Assembly (NCBI GenBank): GCA_049513715.1
Contig: JBEKVV010000001.1
Span: forward strand, 512,001-576,000
Direction of reading: 5' to 3'
Origin: Candidatus Bathyarchaeia archaeon
GTDB taxonomy: Archaea > Thermoproteota > Bathyarchaeia > 40CM-2-53-6
DNA: 64,000 nucleotides
In this document: piece by piece, positions 39,056-49,408 of the stretch
How positions within the stretch are numbered: the stretch's first letter is position 1
Layout of the letters: each line of letters starts with the position of its first letter
Notes under the pieces: generated by a model
Database searches by the model: none
Seen by the model: the letters and a program-made list of their open reading frames with translations, nothing else
Told to the model about the DNA's origin: nothing
Made by a program: the position numbers and the translations under genes

Positions 39056-39916
39056 CTAAATCGATCCCGCATATTGGTCGAGTGTTCCTGCAGGCGGGAA
39101 ACCTGCCAATTCCCTTTCAATGTATTCCTGTAGTCGTTTGAGGCTTTTCAGCTGGTTCGGTTGGGCTATCCCCAGCATCTGCATGGTTTGAATGCAGTTT
39201 TCCGGAGCGTACCCGTGAAAGTGGTTGTTGAAGATGCCAAATGTCTTCTTCGTGTTCGCTTGGACCTCTTTGATTTTGGGCACCCACCCTTCGAGCTGAT
39301 CCTGTGTGTACCTGTAATTGTACCAAGGCTTTTCACCGTGGCCATGCCACCTAACGTATCCTATGGGTGAAGTGATGTGGACTTCGGGAGGAAGCAGTGG
39401 CTCATCCACGATACAATACGCTGCTTGATACTTCGAAAGAATCCGCCATGTCGCATCATTCATCCAAGACTTGTGCCGAAACTCGACAACATAATCATAA
39501 CGATGCGGCAACGCAGCTAGGAAATTCTCCAACAGCTGATCGTTTCGGCGGAGCGATGGGGGCAATTGAACTAGGAAACATCCAAGCCTGTCTTGTGTCA
39601 GCAAGGGGTCGAAGAGTTGAACGAATTTCTCTAACTCCTCCTGGCTTTCGGCACTCAGTTTCAGGCGCAGGTCATGGGTGAATTTCTGGTTTATCTTCGC
39701 GCTGAACATGAATCCTCGCTTCGTGTTTCTAGTAAGCCCGAGAATTGTTCCCTCATCAGGCTGCCTGTAAAAGGAAGAGTTCAGTTCCACGGTATCGAAC
39801 ACGGTCGAATACTGTTGCAGCATGCTCTTCCCGGGGTCGTAGAGTGGCCCAACCCACTCCTTGTAGGACCAACCCGCGCAACCGAAGTATAACCGAGCAT
39901 CAGGCACTGTCGACAT
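39056..39916 (-). CDS. DUF72 family protein
   Basis: GCAGWSYKEW, VELNSSFY, QLPPS, VEFRH, YVRWHG. Confidence 0.9.
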   Translation of the reverse strand: MSTVPDARLYFGCAGWSYKEWVGPLYDPGKSMLQQYSTVFDTVELNSSFYRQPDEGTILGLTRNTKRGFMFSAKINQKFTHDLRLKLSAESQEELEKFVQLFDPLLTQDRLGCFLVQLPPSLRRNDQLLENFLAALPHRYDYVVEFRHKSWMNDATWRILSKYQAAYCIVDEPLLPPEVHITSPIGYVRWHGHGEKPWYNYRYTQDQLEGWVPKIKEVQANTKKTFGIFNNHFHGYAPENCIQTMQMLGIAQPNQLKSLKRLQEYIERELAGFPPAGTLDQYAGSI

Positions 39917-40118
39917 TTGTAGCCAAACGCATCCTAGGGATGTGATTGCGTTAGTTGTGGCGGGCTTATTTTTCCATTACGGGAAAGTAGCATCCTACCG
40001 TGCGATTGCGCGAGGGTGTTCTAGGTACAATAAGCGCTAATAGCTCCGTTGCGAGTGGGGTTGGAGGGCCGTTCGCCAATTCGACCTGTTCGCGAAGAGA
40101 GGTCTTCGAGTGGGGCAA

Positions 40119-41888
40119 ATGAAGTTCAACAGACTCGTTGAAGTATTCGAGCAGATCGAGGGAACCACTAAACGACTGGAAATGACTAGCCTACTAGTGG
40201 ACCTGATCAAACAGACACCCAATGAAGAGGTTGGCAGGGTCGCCTACTTGCTCCAAGGCAAACTCTACCCAGACTATGAAGGAGTAGAGTTAGGCCTGGC
40301 AGACAAACTCCTGATCAAAGCAGTGTCCGCAGTTTCCGGGAAATCAGAGAGTGCGATCGAAGACGATTACAAGAAGACCGGTGACGTGGGCCTAACCGTT
40401 GAGAAGATTCTGCAAAGGAAGTCGCAGGCTGTCCTGGTCAAGCGGACCTTGACGGTGAACGTTGTGTATGAGGTGTTTGACAGGATTGCTCATGAAGCCG
40501 GGTCGGGGTCGGTTGAAAACAAGATTCGGCTTCTGACGAGTTTACTGAATGATGCATCACCGAAGGAGGCGAAGTATATCGCCCGCATGGCTATGGGGAA
40601 ACTTCGCCTCGGCGTAGCTGATATGACAGTACTCGATGCGCTGGCGGTTGCATATGGAGGCGACAAGTCTGCGAGAGAGCCCCTCGAGCGGGCCTACAAC
40701 CTGTCATCAGACCTGGGTCACGTGGCTACGGTTGTGGCGACCGAGGGGCTTGAGGGCGTCCGGAAGTTCAAGATTACCGTGGGACGCCCAATCAGGTCAA
40801 TGCTCTGCGAACGACTGCCAACCGCAAAAGAAATACTAGAAAAACTTGGCGGTGTCGGAGCGGCTGAATACAAGTACGATGGCCTGAGGATTCAAGCACA
40901 CATTAGAAGCAAGGAGGTGCACCTGTTTTCCAGAAGGTTAGAAAACATCACGGAACAGTTTCCGGATGTTGCTCGATTGCTCCAGAAAAGCCTCACTGCA
41001 AACGAGGCTATTGTTGAAGGCGAATGCGTCGCCGTAGATCCCCACACAGGGGACATGCTCCCATTTCAAGTGATTTCACAGAGGCGCGGCAGAAAGTATG
41101 AGGTTGACAGAATGTCTGAAGAGGTCCCAGTCACCGTCTTCTTGTTCGATCTCCTATTCCTAAATGGCAAGGACATGACGATAATTCCGTACCTGGAAAG
41201 ACGAAAGGAGTTGGTCAAAGTAGTCGAAAAATCGGAACATGTCGCAGTGGCCGAACAGTTCATCGCACGTGAGCCGGAGAAACTTGAAGAATTGATGGAT
41301 CAGGCCGTGGCCGCGGGTTGCGAGGGGCTTGTTGTTAAGAGTACCTCCGAGGATTCGATTTACCAGGCTGGTGCGAGGGGTTGGCTTTGGATAAAATACA
41401 AGCGATCCTACAAAGCTGAGGTACAAGACACCTTTGACTTGGTTCCCGTTGGTGGGCTTGCTGGCCGTGGGAGAAGAGGCGGAAGTTACGGCGCCCTGTT
41501 AATGGCAGTGTACAATTCGGAAGAGGACATGTTTGAAACGCTCTGTAAACTGGGGTCGGGGTTTACAGATGAGGACCTAGCGAACCTTCCGAAGATGTTA
41601 GAGAAGTATGTGGTCAAGCATCGGCATCCACGGGTGAACTCGCTCATGGAGGCAGATACTTGGTTTAGCCCAGCTTTGGTTTTGGAAGTGGCGGCAGACG
41701 AAATCACGCTTTCGCCGTTGCATACGTGTGGCAAAGGGAAAGTGAGGCCTGGGAGTGGGTTGGCGTTGAGGTTTCCGAGGTTCACGGGCAATTGGCGGAA
41801 GGATAAGGCTCCAGAGGATGCGACAACGGCTCAGGAAACCTTGGAGATGTATAAGAAGCAACTCAAGAAAATCGAAACCGAAACGTAG
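40119..41888 (+). CDS. lig: ATP-dependent DNA ligase
   Basis: EYKYDG adenylation motif, EGLVVK, WIKYK, LRFPRF. Confidence 0.97.
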   Translation: MKFNRLVEVFEQIEGTTKRLEMTSLLVDLIKQTPNEEVGRVAYLLQGKLYPDYEGVELGLADKLLIKAVSAVSGKSESAIEDDYKKTGDVGLTVEKILQRKSQAVLVKRTLTVNVVYEVFDRIAHEAGSGSVENKIRLLTSLLNDASPKEAKYIARMAMGKLRLGVADMTVLDALAVAYGGDKSAREPLERAYNLSSDLGHVATVVATEGLEGVRKFKITVGRPIRSMLCERLPTAKEILEKLGGVGAAEYKYDGLRIQAHIRSKEVHLFSRRLENITEQFPDVARLLQKSLTANEAIVEGECVAVDPHTGDMLPFQVISQRRGRKYEVDRMSEEVPVTVFLFDLLFLNGKDMTIIPYLERRKELVKVVEKSEHVAVAEQFIAREPEKLEELMDQAVAAGCEGLVVKSTSEDSIYQAGARGWLWIKYKRSYKAEVQDTFDLVPVGGLAGRGRRGGSYGALLMAVYNSEEDMFETLCKLGSGFTDEDLANLPKMLEKYVVKHRHPRVNSLMEADTWFSPALVLEVAADEITLSPLHTCGKGKVRPGSGLALRFPRFTGNWRKDKAPEDATTAQETLEMYKKQLKKIETET

Positions 41889-42145
41889 CTGGCCAATCGA
41901 GGACAACCATTGTAGCTGAGACTTGGCGAATCCCGCTCTTCTCAGGTGGATGTGGCCTCTTTTTCCGTCCAAGAAATTGCCGTGCTTGAGGCTAGGAATA
42001 GAGGCTGCTGCGCTTGGTTTTGCGGCGGGGTTGGTTGCTTTCAGAGGTGTACTATGCGCCGGCGCTTTGGAGCTTTCACTTTCCAGAAGCCTGAGGCATC
42101 TCGGTAATATTCGGTGCTCTCCAAGGTTCTTAGTCCTTAGAGTAC

Positions 42146-42189
42146 TAATCAGTATTGTTAGTATATTTAAGGCTTAGCAATGCTGATTA
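42146..42189 (+). promoter_or_regulatory. TATA box flanked by a 16-bp imperfect inverted repeat
   Basis: TAATCAGTATTGTTAG-TATATTTAAGGC-TTAGCAATGCTGATTA upstream of an AbrB-like gene. Confidence 0.6.
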
Positions 42190-42228
42190 AGCCTACGAGG
42201 CCTCATCAAGCCTGATGGCGGTCAAGGG

Positions 42229-42393
42229 ATGTCCCAAAACCTGGAAATCGTGCGTTTACAGGATTTCAGAGGCCAGTACAGGATAACAATCCCCCGCGAT
42301 ATGGTGGAGAAGCTGAAATGGCAGAAAGGCCAGCCGTTATTCGTGTCCCTTGACGGAACTAGAATTCTAATTGAGCCGGTAACCAAGAAATAA
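42229..42393 (+). CDS. AbrB/SpoVT-like small protein (54 aa, not in ORF track)
   Basis: MSQNLEIVRLQDFRGQYRITIPRDMVEKLKWQKGQPLFVSLDGTRILIEPVTKK. Confidence 0.75.
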   Translation: MSQNLEIVRLQDFRGQYRITIPRDMVEKLKWQKGQPLFVSLDGTRILIEPVTKK

Positions 42394-42454
42394 CGACGAC
42401 TCTATTTCGAAAAAGGAGATCTCCGGGAATGTTCCGGAGACCAGGGTTGGGATT

Positions 42455-43021
42455 TCAGGAGAGCGTTGCGAGCTGGGCGAGTCTGTCCGCAACTTCCGGT
42501 ATGTCTGCTTCCTCCTCGACATCAGCGACGATGAAGCCGTCTCTTGACGCGAGGCTGAGTCCGTAACTGTCTCCGTGACGGGTCACCGTGTAGGAAGTGT
42601 GCCTTAGAAGATTGGTCACGGACCATCGTTCGACCGAATCATCTCGAATGACCACATCGATTTGCCCATTCCGAAGTATTGAAACTGACTTAACTCCCGG
42701 GCCGAGGTTCGATATGTCGGCTGTGTGAAGCTCTGTGGCCTTGTTGGGGATTCCAGGGCGGATAGTTACTGTTTGCATTGGTTTTTTCACCTCGCCACGG
42801 GCAGCCTGTACAGGCCTTCGTTCATTGTCCGTTGGTTCATCTGTAGTTGCTGGAATCGCTGGGCCTTCGTAGGTGAGAACCACGGCCTTCCACCAGCGAT
42901 ATGGCTGGAAGGCATGCGGCCTCTCACCCGAACTAGTCTGGTTTCGAGGGATGCGAGTTTGGGGTAGATTGCACAGATGAATCCTATTTTGCTCAACACG
43001 CTTGTTACGATGCTCATTCAC
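42455..43021 (-). CDS. Hypothetical protein (start uncertain, possibly MQTVTIRPG near 42778)
   Basis: C-terminal ~110 aa look protein-like. Confidence 0.4.
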   Translation of the reverse strand: MNEHRNKRVEQNRIHLCNLPQTRIPRNQTSSGERPHAFQPYRWWKAVVLTYEGPAIPATTDEPTDNERRPVQAARGEVKKPMQTVTIRPGIPNKATELHTADISNLGPGVKSVSILRNGQIDVVIRDDSVERWSVTNLLRHTSYTVTRHGDSYGLSLASRDGFIVADVEEEADIPEVADRLAQLATLS

Positions 43022-43174
43022 ATTTTACCTCTGACCAGACATAGTGTCAATCTGACGGTAGTACTTTGTACCGTCGTAAGACGGATAGACAGAGCAAGCG
43101 AAGGCTGGGCACGGAGAGCAGGCCGCCGACGGCACATGCCTTATCTGTTGCTGGGAGGGGTGTGATCTAGTTGA

Positions 43175-43912
43175 TTGGAATTGTTCGAAGTTTCTTTCAA
43201 GGTCCAACACGACTGCCCGTACACCCGGTTCACCATGAATCACCCAGAGGTAAAGCTTGTCGAATGGTGCAACAACCACATCCACGTCATGGAGGTAGAC
43301 TGCCCTGACATTGAGACATTTACACGAATCGAGCCGGACTTGAATGAATTGCTGTTGTGGAAGGGCGGGAAAGTACTGAAAAAGAATTTCTTAGAGGGGA
43401 ACCTTCAGTTAATTGTTAAGACCTGCCGTTGCAACAAAATCTCACCTAATGTATCAGACATCATAGAAGGTAACTCATGCCTTCAGATACCCCCTGAAAT
43501 CTACTTCGGAGGTTGGGAGGAATACCGAGTGATAGGGTTCAGGGAGAACGACTACAAGAACATGTTCCAGGAACTCGGCAAGCTAGGACCAGTTGAGGTA
43601 ATCCAGAAGAAAGCCGTGGCGGAGAAAAGTCTTCGTGATTCGTTCGTGATATCTATTAGCAGCGTGTTCTCGGAATTAACAGACAAACAGGTCGGCACGT
43701 TATTGTCGGCGCTAGAATACGGTTACTATCAAATTCCCAAGAAGATGACTGCCGAGGAGATTGCGGGCAAACACAAGGTTCCAAGGACAACTTTCGAGGA
43801 GCACTTGAGGAAGGCCGAAAGCAAGGTTCTTCGGGCCATGGCCCCCTACGTCAGGATGTACGCAACGCGGCCACGGCCCCTAATTGAGGAGCCAAAGATA
43901 ATCGCCAGATAG
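43175..43912 (+). CDS. HTH_10 (bacterio-opsin activator-type) transcriptional regulator
   Basis: HDCP N-terminus; LTDKQ..ALEYGYY.IPKK..EHLRKAESK. Confidence 0.9.
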   Translation: MELFEVSFKVQHDCPYTRFTMNHPEVKLVEWCNNHIHVMEVDCPDIETFTRIEPDLNELLLWKGGKVLKKNFLEGNLQLIVKTCRCNKISPNVSDIIEGNSCLQIPPEIYFGGWEEYRVIGFRENDYKNMFQELGKLGPVEVIQKKAVAEKSLRDSFVISISSVFSELTDKQVGTLLSALEYGYYQIPKKMTAEEIAGKHKVPRTTFEEHLRKAESKVLRAMAPYVRMYATRPRPLIEEPKIIAR

Positions 43913-44036
43913 TCTCGTATTGCCGGGTTCTAGGTCTTCGATTCCACAAAGGTGTAGGCCCATGGGTGAATCCAAAGTAGCGAAGTGCGATTCGCCCGAA
44001 TCAATATAAGGACAAAGCCGTTTCTGAAAGAAATCT

Positions 44037-45221
44037 ATGTCAAGTTTGACTAAGCAGGTTCACGAATTTGAACCTGAAATCATTAGGATCAGACGCAAGA
44101 TTCACTCAAATCCAGAATTGGCATATCAAGAGTTCGAAACGGCGCGATTGATTGCAAGTAAACTTCGAGGACTTGGAATCAGAACCGTAACAGGGCTTGC
44201 TGGGACAGGCGTTCTCGGAGTGCTCAACGGTACAAGAACGGGAAAAGTGGTCGCGTTAAGGGCCGACATGGATGCTCTACCGATTAATGAGAAGCTCGAC
44301 GTTCCCTTCAAATCCAAGAAAAGTGGCATCATGCACGCTTGTGGACACGACGCCCATGTCGCGATGCTCCTAGGCGCAGCTATGCTACTAAGGAAGAACG
44401 TGAACGAGGTTGCTGGAACTGTGAAATTTATCTTTCAACCCGCGGAGGAGGAAGGAGGACGGGGAGGAGCGAAACCTATGATTGAAGCGGGCGTAATGTC
44501 CAATCCTAAAGTCGACTATGTATTCGGACTTCATATCGTCTCGAACTTCCCTTCAGGCGTCTTCGCCTTGAGAGGTGGACCGATAATGGCCGCGCCAGAT
44601 GCCTTCAGAATTCGGGTTCTCGGAAAAGGCGGGCACGGATCGGAACCTCACAAGGCAGTTGACCCGATCTATATTGCTTCGCAGTTAACCTGTGCGCTTC
44701 AAGGAATATCGGGGCGAATGGTCGATCAATTGCAGCCGTTCGTGATCTCTGTCTGCAGTTTTCACGCAGGCTCCACACACAACATCATACCGGATGATGC
44801 TGTACTGGAGGGCACAATGCGGACGTTCAACGAAAAGCTCCGTTCTAAGGCGAAGAAACATGTGATTCAGGTTAGCAAAATGATCTGCAAAACATTCGGA
44901 GCCCAATGCGAAGTTGAATTCAAAGCTGACACTTATCCCGTAACTCGAAATAATGAGAAGGTCGCCGTCAGAGTGGCTGAATCGTTACAAGGAATAGAGG
45001 GCACGCGAACCATTGAATGTGAGCCAATTCTCGGCGCAGAGGACGTCTCGAGGTTCCTTAGGAAGGCCCCAGGCACATACTACTTCCTTGGCACCCGGAA
45101 TGAAAAAAAGAGATGCATATACCCTAACCATAGCCCACAATTCAATGTGGACGAGGAAGTTCTGAAGTATGGATCTGTTTCACTTGCTAGGCTAGCCATG
45201 GAATTTGGAGCAAACCATTAG
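44037..45221 (+). CDS. M20D amidohydrolase/carboxypeptidase
   Basis: RADMDAL, MHACGHDAH, FQPAEE, GGHGS, AED, NHSP. Confidence 0.92.
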   Translation: MSSLTKQVHEFEPEIIRIRRKIHSNPELAYQEFETARLIASKLRGLGIRTVTGLAGTGVLGVLNGTRTGKVVALRADMDALPINEKLDVPFKSKKSGIMHACGHDAHVAMLLGAAMLLRKNVNEVAGTVKFIFQPAEEEGGRGGAKPMIEAGVMSNPKVDYVFGLHIVSNFPSGVFALRGGPIMAAPDAFRIRVLGKGGHGSEPHKAVDPIYIASQLTCALQGISGRMVDQLQPFVISVCSFHAGSTHNIIPDDAVLEGTMRTFNEKLRSKAKKHVIQVSKMICKTFGAQCEVEFKADTYPVTRNNEKVAVRVAESLQGIEGTRTIECEPILGAEDVSRFLRKAPGTYYFLGTRNEKKRCIYPNHSPQFNVDEEVLKYGSVSLARLAMEFGANH

Positions 45222-45334
45222 GCTCTCGGTCGACTCTCTCGAAAACATGTAGGAAGTTACCTGCCAAGGTCTCATAGAACGTGCGTTGAAGTACAGTTAT
45301 TACCTCGTAAATCACTATCTTTGATCTGACCCTC

Positions 45335-45769
45335 ATGTTCTCGAGGATCCTCGTCGCTGTGGACGGTTCGCCGTTTGCCGAGAAAGCCCTGAAATGCGCA
45401 GTTGACTTGGCCAAGAAATACAATGCAAAACTCGTCATTGCCCACGTTGTCCTTCGGCGTTTCTATGCCGTCACTCCCTCAGAGGCCGGAGTCCTCGCCA
45501 CAAGCGTCTTTGTTAAGGAAATGGAGGCCGAAGGGAAGGAGATAATCAGCAAAGCAGATGCTTATGCAAAGAGCCAAGGTGCAGATTACGAGTGCAAGCT
45601 TCTACAAGGAGTGCCGGCAGAGGAGATACTGAAGCTCTCTAAAACCGAGAAAGTAGACCTAATCGTAATTGGGAGCAGAGGTTTGAGTGAGGTTCGTGCG
45701 TTTCTCTTAGGGAGCGTCTCGGACAAGGTCAGCCATCACGCCAGATGTCCAACCTTCATCGTAAAATAG
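45335..45769 (+). CDS. Universal stress protein
   Basis: ILVAVDGS, VIGSRG, LLGSVS. Confidence 0.93.
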   Translation: MFSRILVAVDGSPFAEKALKCAVDLAKKYNAKLVIAHVVLRRFYAVTPSEAGVLATSVFVKEMEAEGKEIISKADAYAKSQGADYECKLLQGVPAEEILKLSKTEKVDLIVIGSRGLSEVRAFLLGSVSDKVSHHARCPTFIVK

Positions 45770-45781
45770 CGACCCTGGTAC

Positions 45782-47155
45782 CTACTTCTCGCAGAGCACT
45801 ATGTACACGTCTCCAACGTTCGTGCCAGTCGGCCCGGTTACTAGATTGTCGTCCAAAGCTCTGAAGAATCTGTAAGAATCGTTATTGTCCAAGAACGGCA
45901 GCGGGGTCATCCCCGTTTTTCGTGCCCGCATTAGCGTTTTGCCATCGGCTACTGCGCCGGCGGCTTTGCTATTGCCATCGATTCCATCAGTGCCTAATGC
46001 TGCAATAACCGCGCCATCAATGCCTGAGATTCTCTGAACTCCAGACAACACGGCTTCTTGATTTCGGCCCCCAATTCCACTTCCAGTGACCCTAACGGTT
46101 GTTTCCCCTCCGAAAATGAAGGCTCCCGATTTCTTGGACTCACGGTATCGCATGCGTTCTTGGGCTATGGTTGCGAGAAGCCCTCCCATGTTTGCGGAGT
46201 CCATCTCCACCGACGATGTGAGAAGGGAAGCTGGGAAATGCTTGTTCGCCAAAGCCCGCCTTGCAGCTGTGCAGGCTGTCTGGTTGTCGGCGATTATCAG
46301 GTTGTGGACGCGTCGAAAGTTCGCGGACCCTGGTTTTGGCGTATCAGGAATCGTTCCGCGGACTCCTCGCATGAGGTGCGTTCTGACATCTTCGGGAATC
46401 CTCTGCCAGAGATTATGTCGTCTTAGGATTGAGACGGCGTCGCTGTAAGAACTTGAGTCCTCCGCTGTGAGGCCGGAGGCGATGTCTGCAAGATTGTTGC
46501 CCGGCACATCCGATATGATCAACGACAAGATTGAGGCCTTGCAGAGCTCAACAAGCCTACCGCCCTTCAGTCGCGAAAGATGTCGCCTTACAACATTGAT
46601 CTCGTGAATGGTAGCTTGACTTCTCACGAGTTCATCGGTCAGAGTTCGCTTGTTTTCAATCGAAATGCCCTCAGCTGGCGCAGGTAACATTGCCGAGCCG
46701 CCTCCTGAGATCAGACAGATGAGCAGCTCACTCTTCCCCATCCCGCTGACCATCTCAACTACACGCTCTGAGGCTTTCAGGCCCTCCCGGTCAGGAAGGG
46801 GATGACCAGTCAGGAAGCATTCAAACCGGTCGTCAGCTTTTCCCAGATGATGTCCTTTGGGTGCAACGAGAATTCCGTAGGTGTCGAAGTCCCGCAGCAT
46901 TCGTCTCGTGGTGTTCAACATTGGGACGCTTGCCTTGCCTACCGCAAGCAGCATTACTCTGCTGAATCGAGAGAGCGAACATGCGAAATTGCCGACTGAA
47001 AGTCTACTGCCCTTTGCTTTTACTGCGGACCGCAGACATTGAGATGGCTCGACAGCGCGGAGCGCGGCTTCAAATGCATCTATGCAAAGGCGTCTTGCTC
47101 GCTGGTTTCGGAGTGTGACGCCGTTGCGTATGAGTTTCGTTTTATTGTGAATCAT
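45782..47155 (-). CDS. Glycerate 2-kinase (MOFRL family)
   Basis: GKAS, HPLPD, ISGGGSA, GGETTV, GGRNQE, TDGIDG, TGTNVGD. Confidence 0.92.
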   Translation of the reverse strand: MIHNKTKLIRNGVTLRNQRARRLCIDAFEAALRAVEPSQCLRSAVKAKGSRLSVGNFACSLSRFSRVMLLAVGKASVPMLNTTRRMLRDFDTYGILVAPKGHHLGKADDRFECFLTGHPLPDREGLKASERVVEMVSGMGKSELLICLISGGGSAMLPAPAEGISIENKRTLTDELVRSQATIHEINVVRRHLSRLKGGRLVELCKASILSLIISDVPGNNLADIASGLTAEDSSSYSDAVSILRRHNLWQRIPEDVRTHLMRGVRGTIPDTPKPGSANFRRVHNLIIADNQTACTAARRALANKHFPASLLTSSVEMDSANMGGLLATIAQERMRYRESKKSGAFIFGGETTVRVTGSGIGGRNQEAVLSGVQRISGIDGAVIAALGTDGIDGNSKAAGAVADGKTLMRARKTGMTPLPFLDNNDSYRFFRALDDNLVTGPTGTNVGDVYIVLCEK

Positions 47156-47264
47156 ATGTTCGGAGTTCGAAGTTCGTTCCTGCCGTCCTCAATCTCCGAT
47201 AAGAGGGAAGCGAAGTTGGAATTCAGTTGAAGGTGCGGTTCAAAGATGAAAGAGCAATTGACGC

Positions 47265-47525
47265 TTAGCTTGGGGTCGTGGAGCTGTCAGGAGTCCCGGT
47301 GCCGGTTTGACTGGGGGTTGGGGGCGTCCATTCTGTTGGTGCCTCTACGGGTGGTGTCTCAACGGGAGCTGGCATTGGAGGAGGAGTCTCAACTGCCATT
47401 GGTGGAGGGGACGGAGCTGGCTTACGTTTAGGTGCCGCTTTCTTCTTGGGCTTCGCTTTCATCTTTTTCATCATACGCTTCGCCTTTTTCTTCGCGCCTT
47501 TCTTGGTCTTGCGCTTTCTAGGCAA
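47265..47525 (-). CDS. Small Lys-rich / Pro-rich low-complexity protein
   Basis: TTG start MPRKRKTKKGAKKKAK... then PPPM(PA/A)VET repeats. Confidence 0.55.
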   Translation of the reverse strand: MPRKRKTKKGAKKKAKRMMKKMKAKPKKKAAPKRKPAPSPPPMAVETPPPMPAPVETPPVEAPTEWTPPTPSQTGTGTPDSSTTPS

Positions 47526-47922
47526 ACAAATCACACGGCCCTATTGTCGAAGTCTCAGCGGTAATAAATCTTCACAGGAAATCGGTGCCGCTATCACAGT
47601 TTCGCGTCAATGCATATCGTGTTGAGACCTTAGCATGTGAGGCCTTAGGATTCGTGGCTGAGCGTGCCTAGGATTAGCACAATGCGAGTGTTCAAGATGT
47701 TTTGAACAATCCGCATGAGAATGAGATCTGTCCCTGGTCACGTTCGTCAGCCTCTGGGAAGGCTGCCGCTTTCGGCCAATTGAGATACTTCTCGCCTTGC
47801 CTTCTTCAGGTGGACAATTTGATGGACTCCGTCTTGCTCGGTGATTCCCTTAGCCGCGCGAAGATGTTTAGGATTTGATAAGTGCTTTATCAGGGCCAGC
47901 TGAAAGTCTCTGAAGAGAGTCG

Positions 47923-48276
47923 ATGAGTTTGAGCGAAGCCAAAACTTCAGTGGAAGTTAGTTTTGAAGAATTCAAGAAGATTGATGCTAGGGTAGGAGTA
48001 GTAACCCAAGTTGACCGAGTGCCGAGGACTGAAAAACTGTACAGGATCCTAGTGGACCTTGGGCCGTTCGGTGTGAGACAGACGGTTTCGAGCCTCGTAG
48101 GATACTATGAGGCCAACGAGCTTCTCGGTAAGCGAGTGGTTTTCCTTTACAACCTCAAACCAACCAAGTTCGCTGGCGAGGTCTCGCAAGGCATGCTACT
48201 CGCCGCTGAACAAGGGGAGAAACTGGCTCTGTTGACGACGGACCGTGAAGTTCCGAATGGCGCAAGAATCACCTGA
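47923..48276 (+). CDS. tRNA-binding OB-fold protein (Trbp111/CsaA/MetRS C-terminal-like)
   Basis: FEEFKKIDARVG, NLKP..GEVSQGMLLAA. Confidence 0.9.
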   Translation: MSLSEAKTSVEVSFEEFKKIDARVGVVTQVDRVPRTEKLYRILVDLGPFGVRQTVSSLVGYYEANELLGKRVVFLYNLKPTKFAGEVSQGMLLAAEQGEKLALLTTDREVPNGARIT

Positions 48277-48429
48277 TTTATTGTCGGGTCCACTGGCGGC
48301 ATGGTCTAGAGACTATGTAGAAACTGTAGTAATTGGCGAAAATTCCAGTCACGTTCAATGTTTAAATGGAATGGCGGAGTATTTCAATTAAAATTCTCAG
48401 AGAGATTCGCCAGTTCTAGAGGTTGTCAA

Positions 48430-48810
48430 TTGCCTAGGAAAGGTCCAACTGAACAGGACGTTCTACGAATAGTGATGGAACTCGGCGACATGGGCATACT
48501 TCAATCCGAACTCTGGAAGAAACTAACCGCAGACAGCCGGGAAGGTTCTCGCGCAATCCTAAGGCTAGAAAAGAAGGGCCTGATCGCCCGAAAGAAAGAG
48601 CTTCACGACGGTCGATGGACTTACAGGGTTTTCGCGAAACGCCGCTACTCAACAATTGATTCAATCGTGGACATACCCTGCGCCTTCTGCGATCTAATCG
48701 GTAACTGCCCGCAATCTTGGATCATGAACCCAAGCAAATGTGAACACTTAACGAAATGGCTGCAGACCTTGGCTGAGTCAGCGAGAGCGGTAGCGAAAAG
48801 TGCCGAGTGA
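48430..48810 (+). CDS. TFE beta / RPC34-like transcription factor (wHTH + Fe-S cluster motif)
   Basis: GILQSELWK..SRE.SR...LEKKGLI wHTH; PCAFC...C...PSKC..L..W; start placed at TTG 48430. Confidence 0.8.
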   Translation: MPRKGPTEQDVLRIVMELGDMGILQSELWKKLTADSREGSRAILRLEKKGLIARKKELHDGRWTYRVFAKRRYSTIDSIVDIPCAFCDLIGNCPQSWIMNPSKCEHLTKWLQTLAESARAVAKSAE

Positions 48811-49408
48811 ATGGTTAAGGCAGCGGAAGAAGGATCACTTCCACCGCCTCGCGAAAGCGAGAGGTTTTCGTAGTAGAGCCACGTTCAAGCTTCTCCAGAT
48901 CGTTAAGAAATATCAATTCTTGGTTCGGGGGGACTATGTCCTTGACCTGGGAGCGGCCCCTGGAGGTTGGCTTCAAGCCGCACACCAAGTTGTCGGCGGT
49001 GTTGGGTTTGTGTTGGGCGTCGACAAAGAAATCATTGCTCCGCTGAACCTTCGGAACGTTTCTACGTTGATTGGAGACATAACAAGTGATAAGGTTGTGG
49101 CTGACATCGCCGCCACTGGTCACCTACCGTTTGATGTTATCCTTTCTGATCTGGCTCCGAATGTTACGGGAGTTTGGGAGGTCGACAATGCGCGTCAGAT
49201 TGAGTTGGCCAGATGCGCGTTGAAGGTTGCGCGGGCTGTTCTCAGGCCTTCGGGGAACATGCTCGTTAAAGTATTCCAAGGTTTGGATTTGCCAGACTTT
49301 CAGTCAGAGATGAAATCCGCATTCAACACTATGCGCATAGTGAAACCCCCTGCGAGCAGGGCCAAAAGCGCTGAACTATACCTGCTTGGGTTGGGCTTTC
49401 TTGGGTAG
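48800..49408 (+). CDS. rlmE: 23S rRNA 2'-O-methyltransferase RlmE/FtsJ
   Basis: RSRATFKL, DLGAAPGGW, SDLAP, KVFQG, SAELY. Confidence 0.93.
   Translation: MPSEWLRQRKKDHFHRLAKARGFRSRATFKLLQIVKKYQFLVRGDYVLDLGAAPGGWLQAAHQVVGGVGFVLGVDKEIIAPLNLRNVSTLIGDITSDKVVADIAATGHLPFDVILSDLAPNVTGVWEVDNARQIELARCALKVARAVLRPSGNMLVKVFQGLDLPDFQSEMKSAFNTMRIVKPPASRAKSAELYLLGLGFLG

Noticed and set aside
12661..48049. Avoidance of GGATCC as evidence for BamHI specificity
   Set aside because: GGATCC occurs repeatedly (e.g. 12661, 18150, 45345, 48044); no avoidance is evident by eye, so this is uninformative
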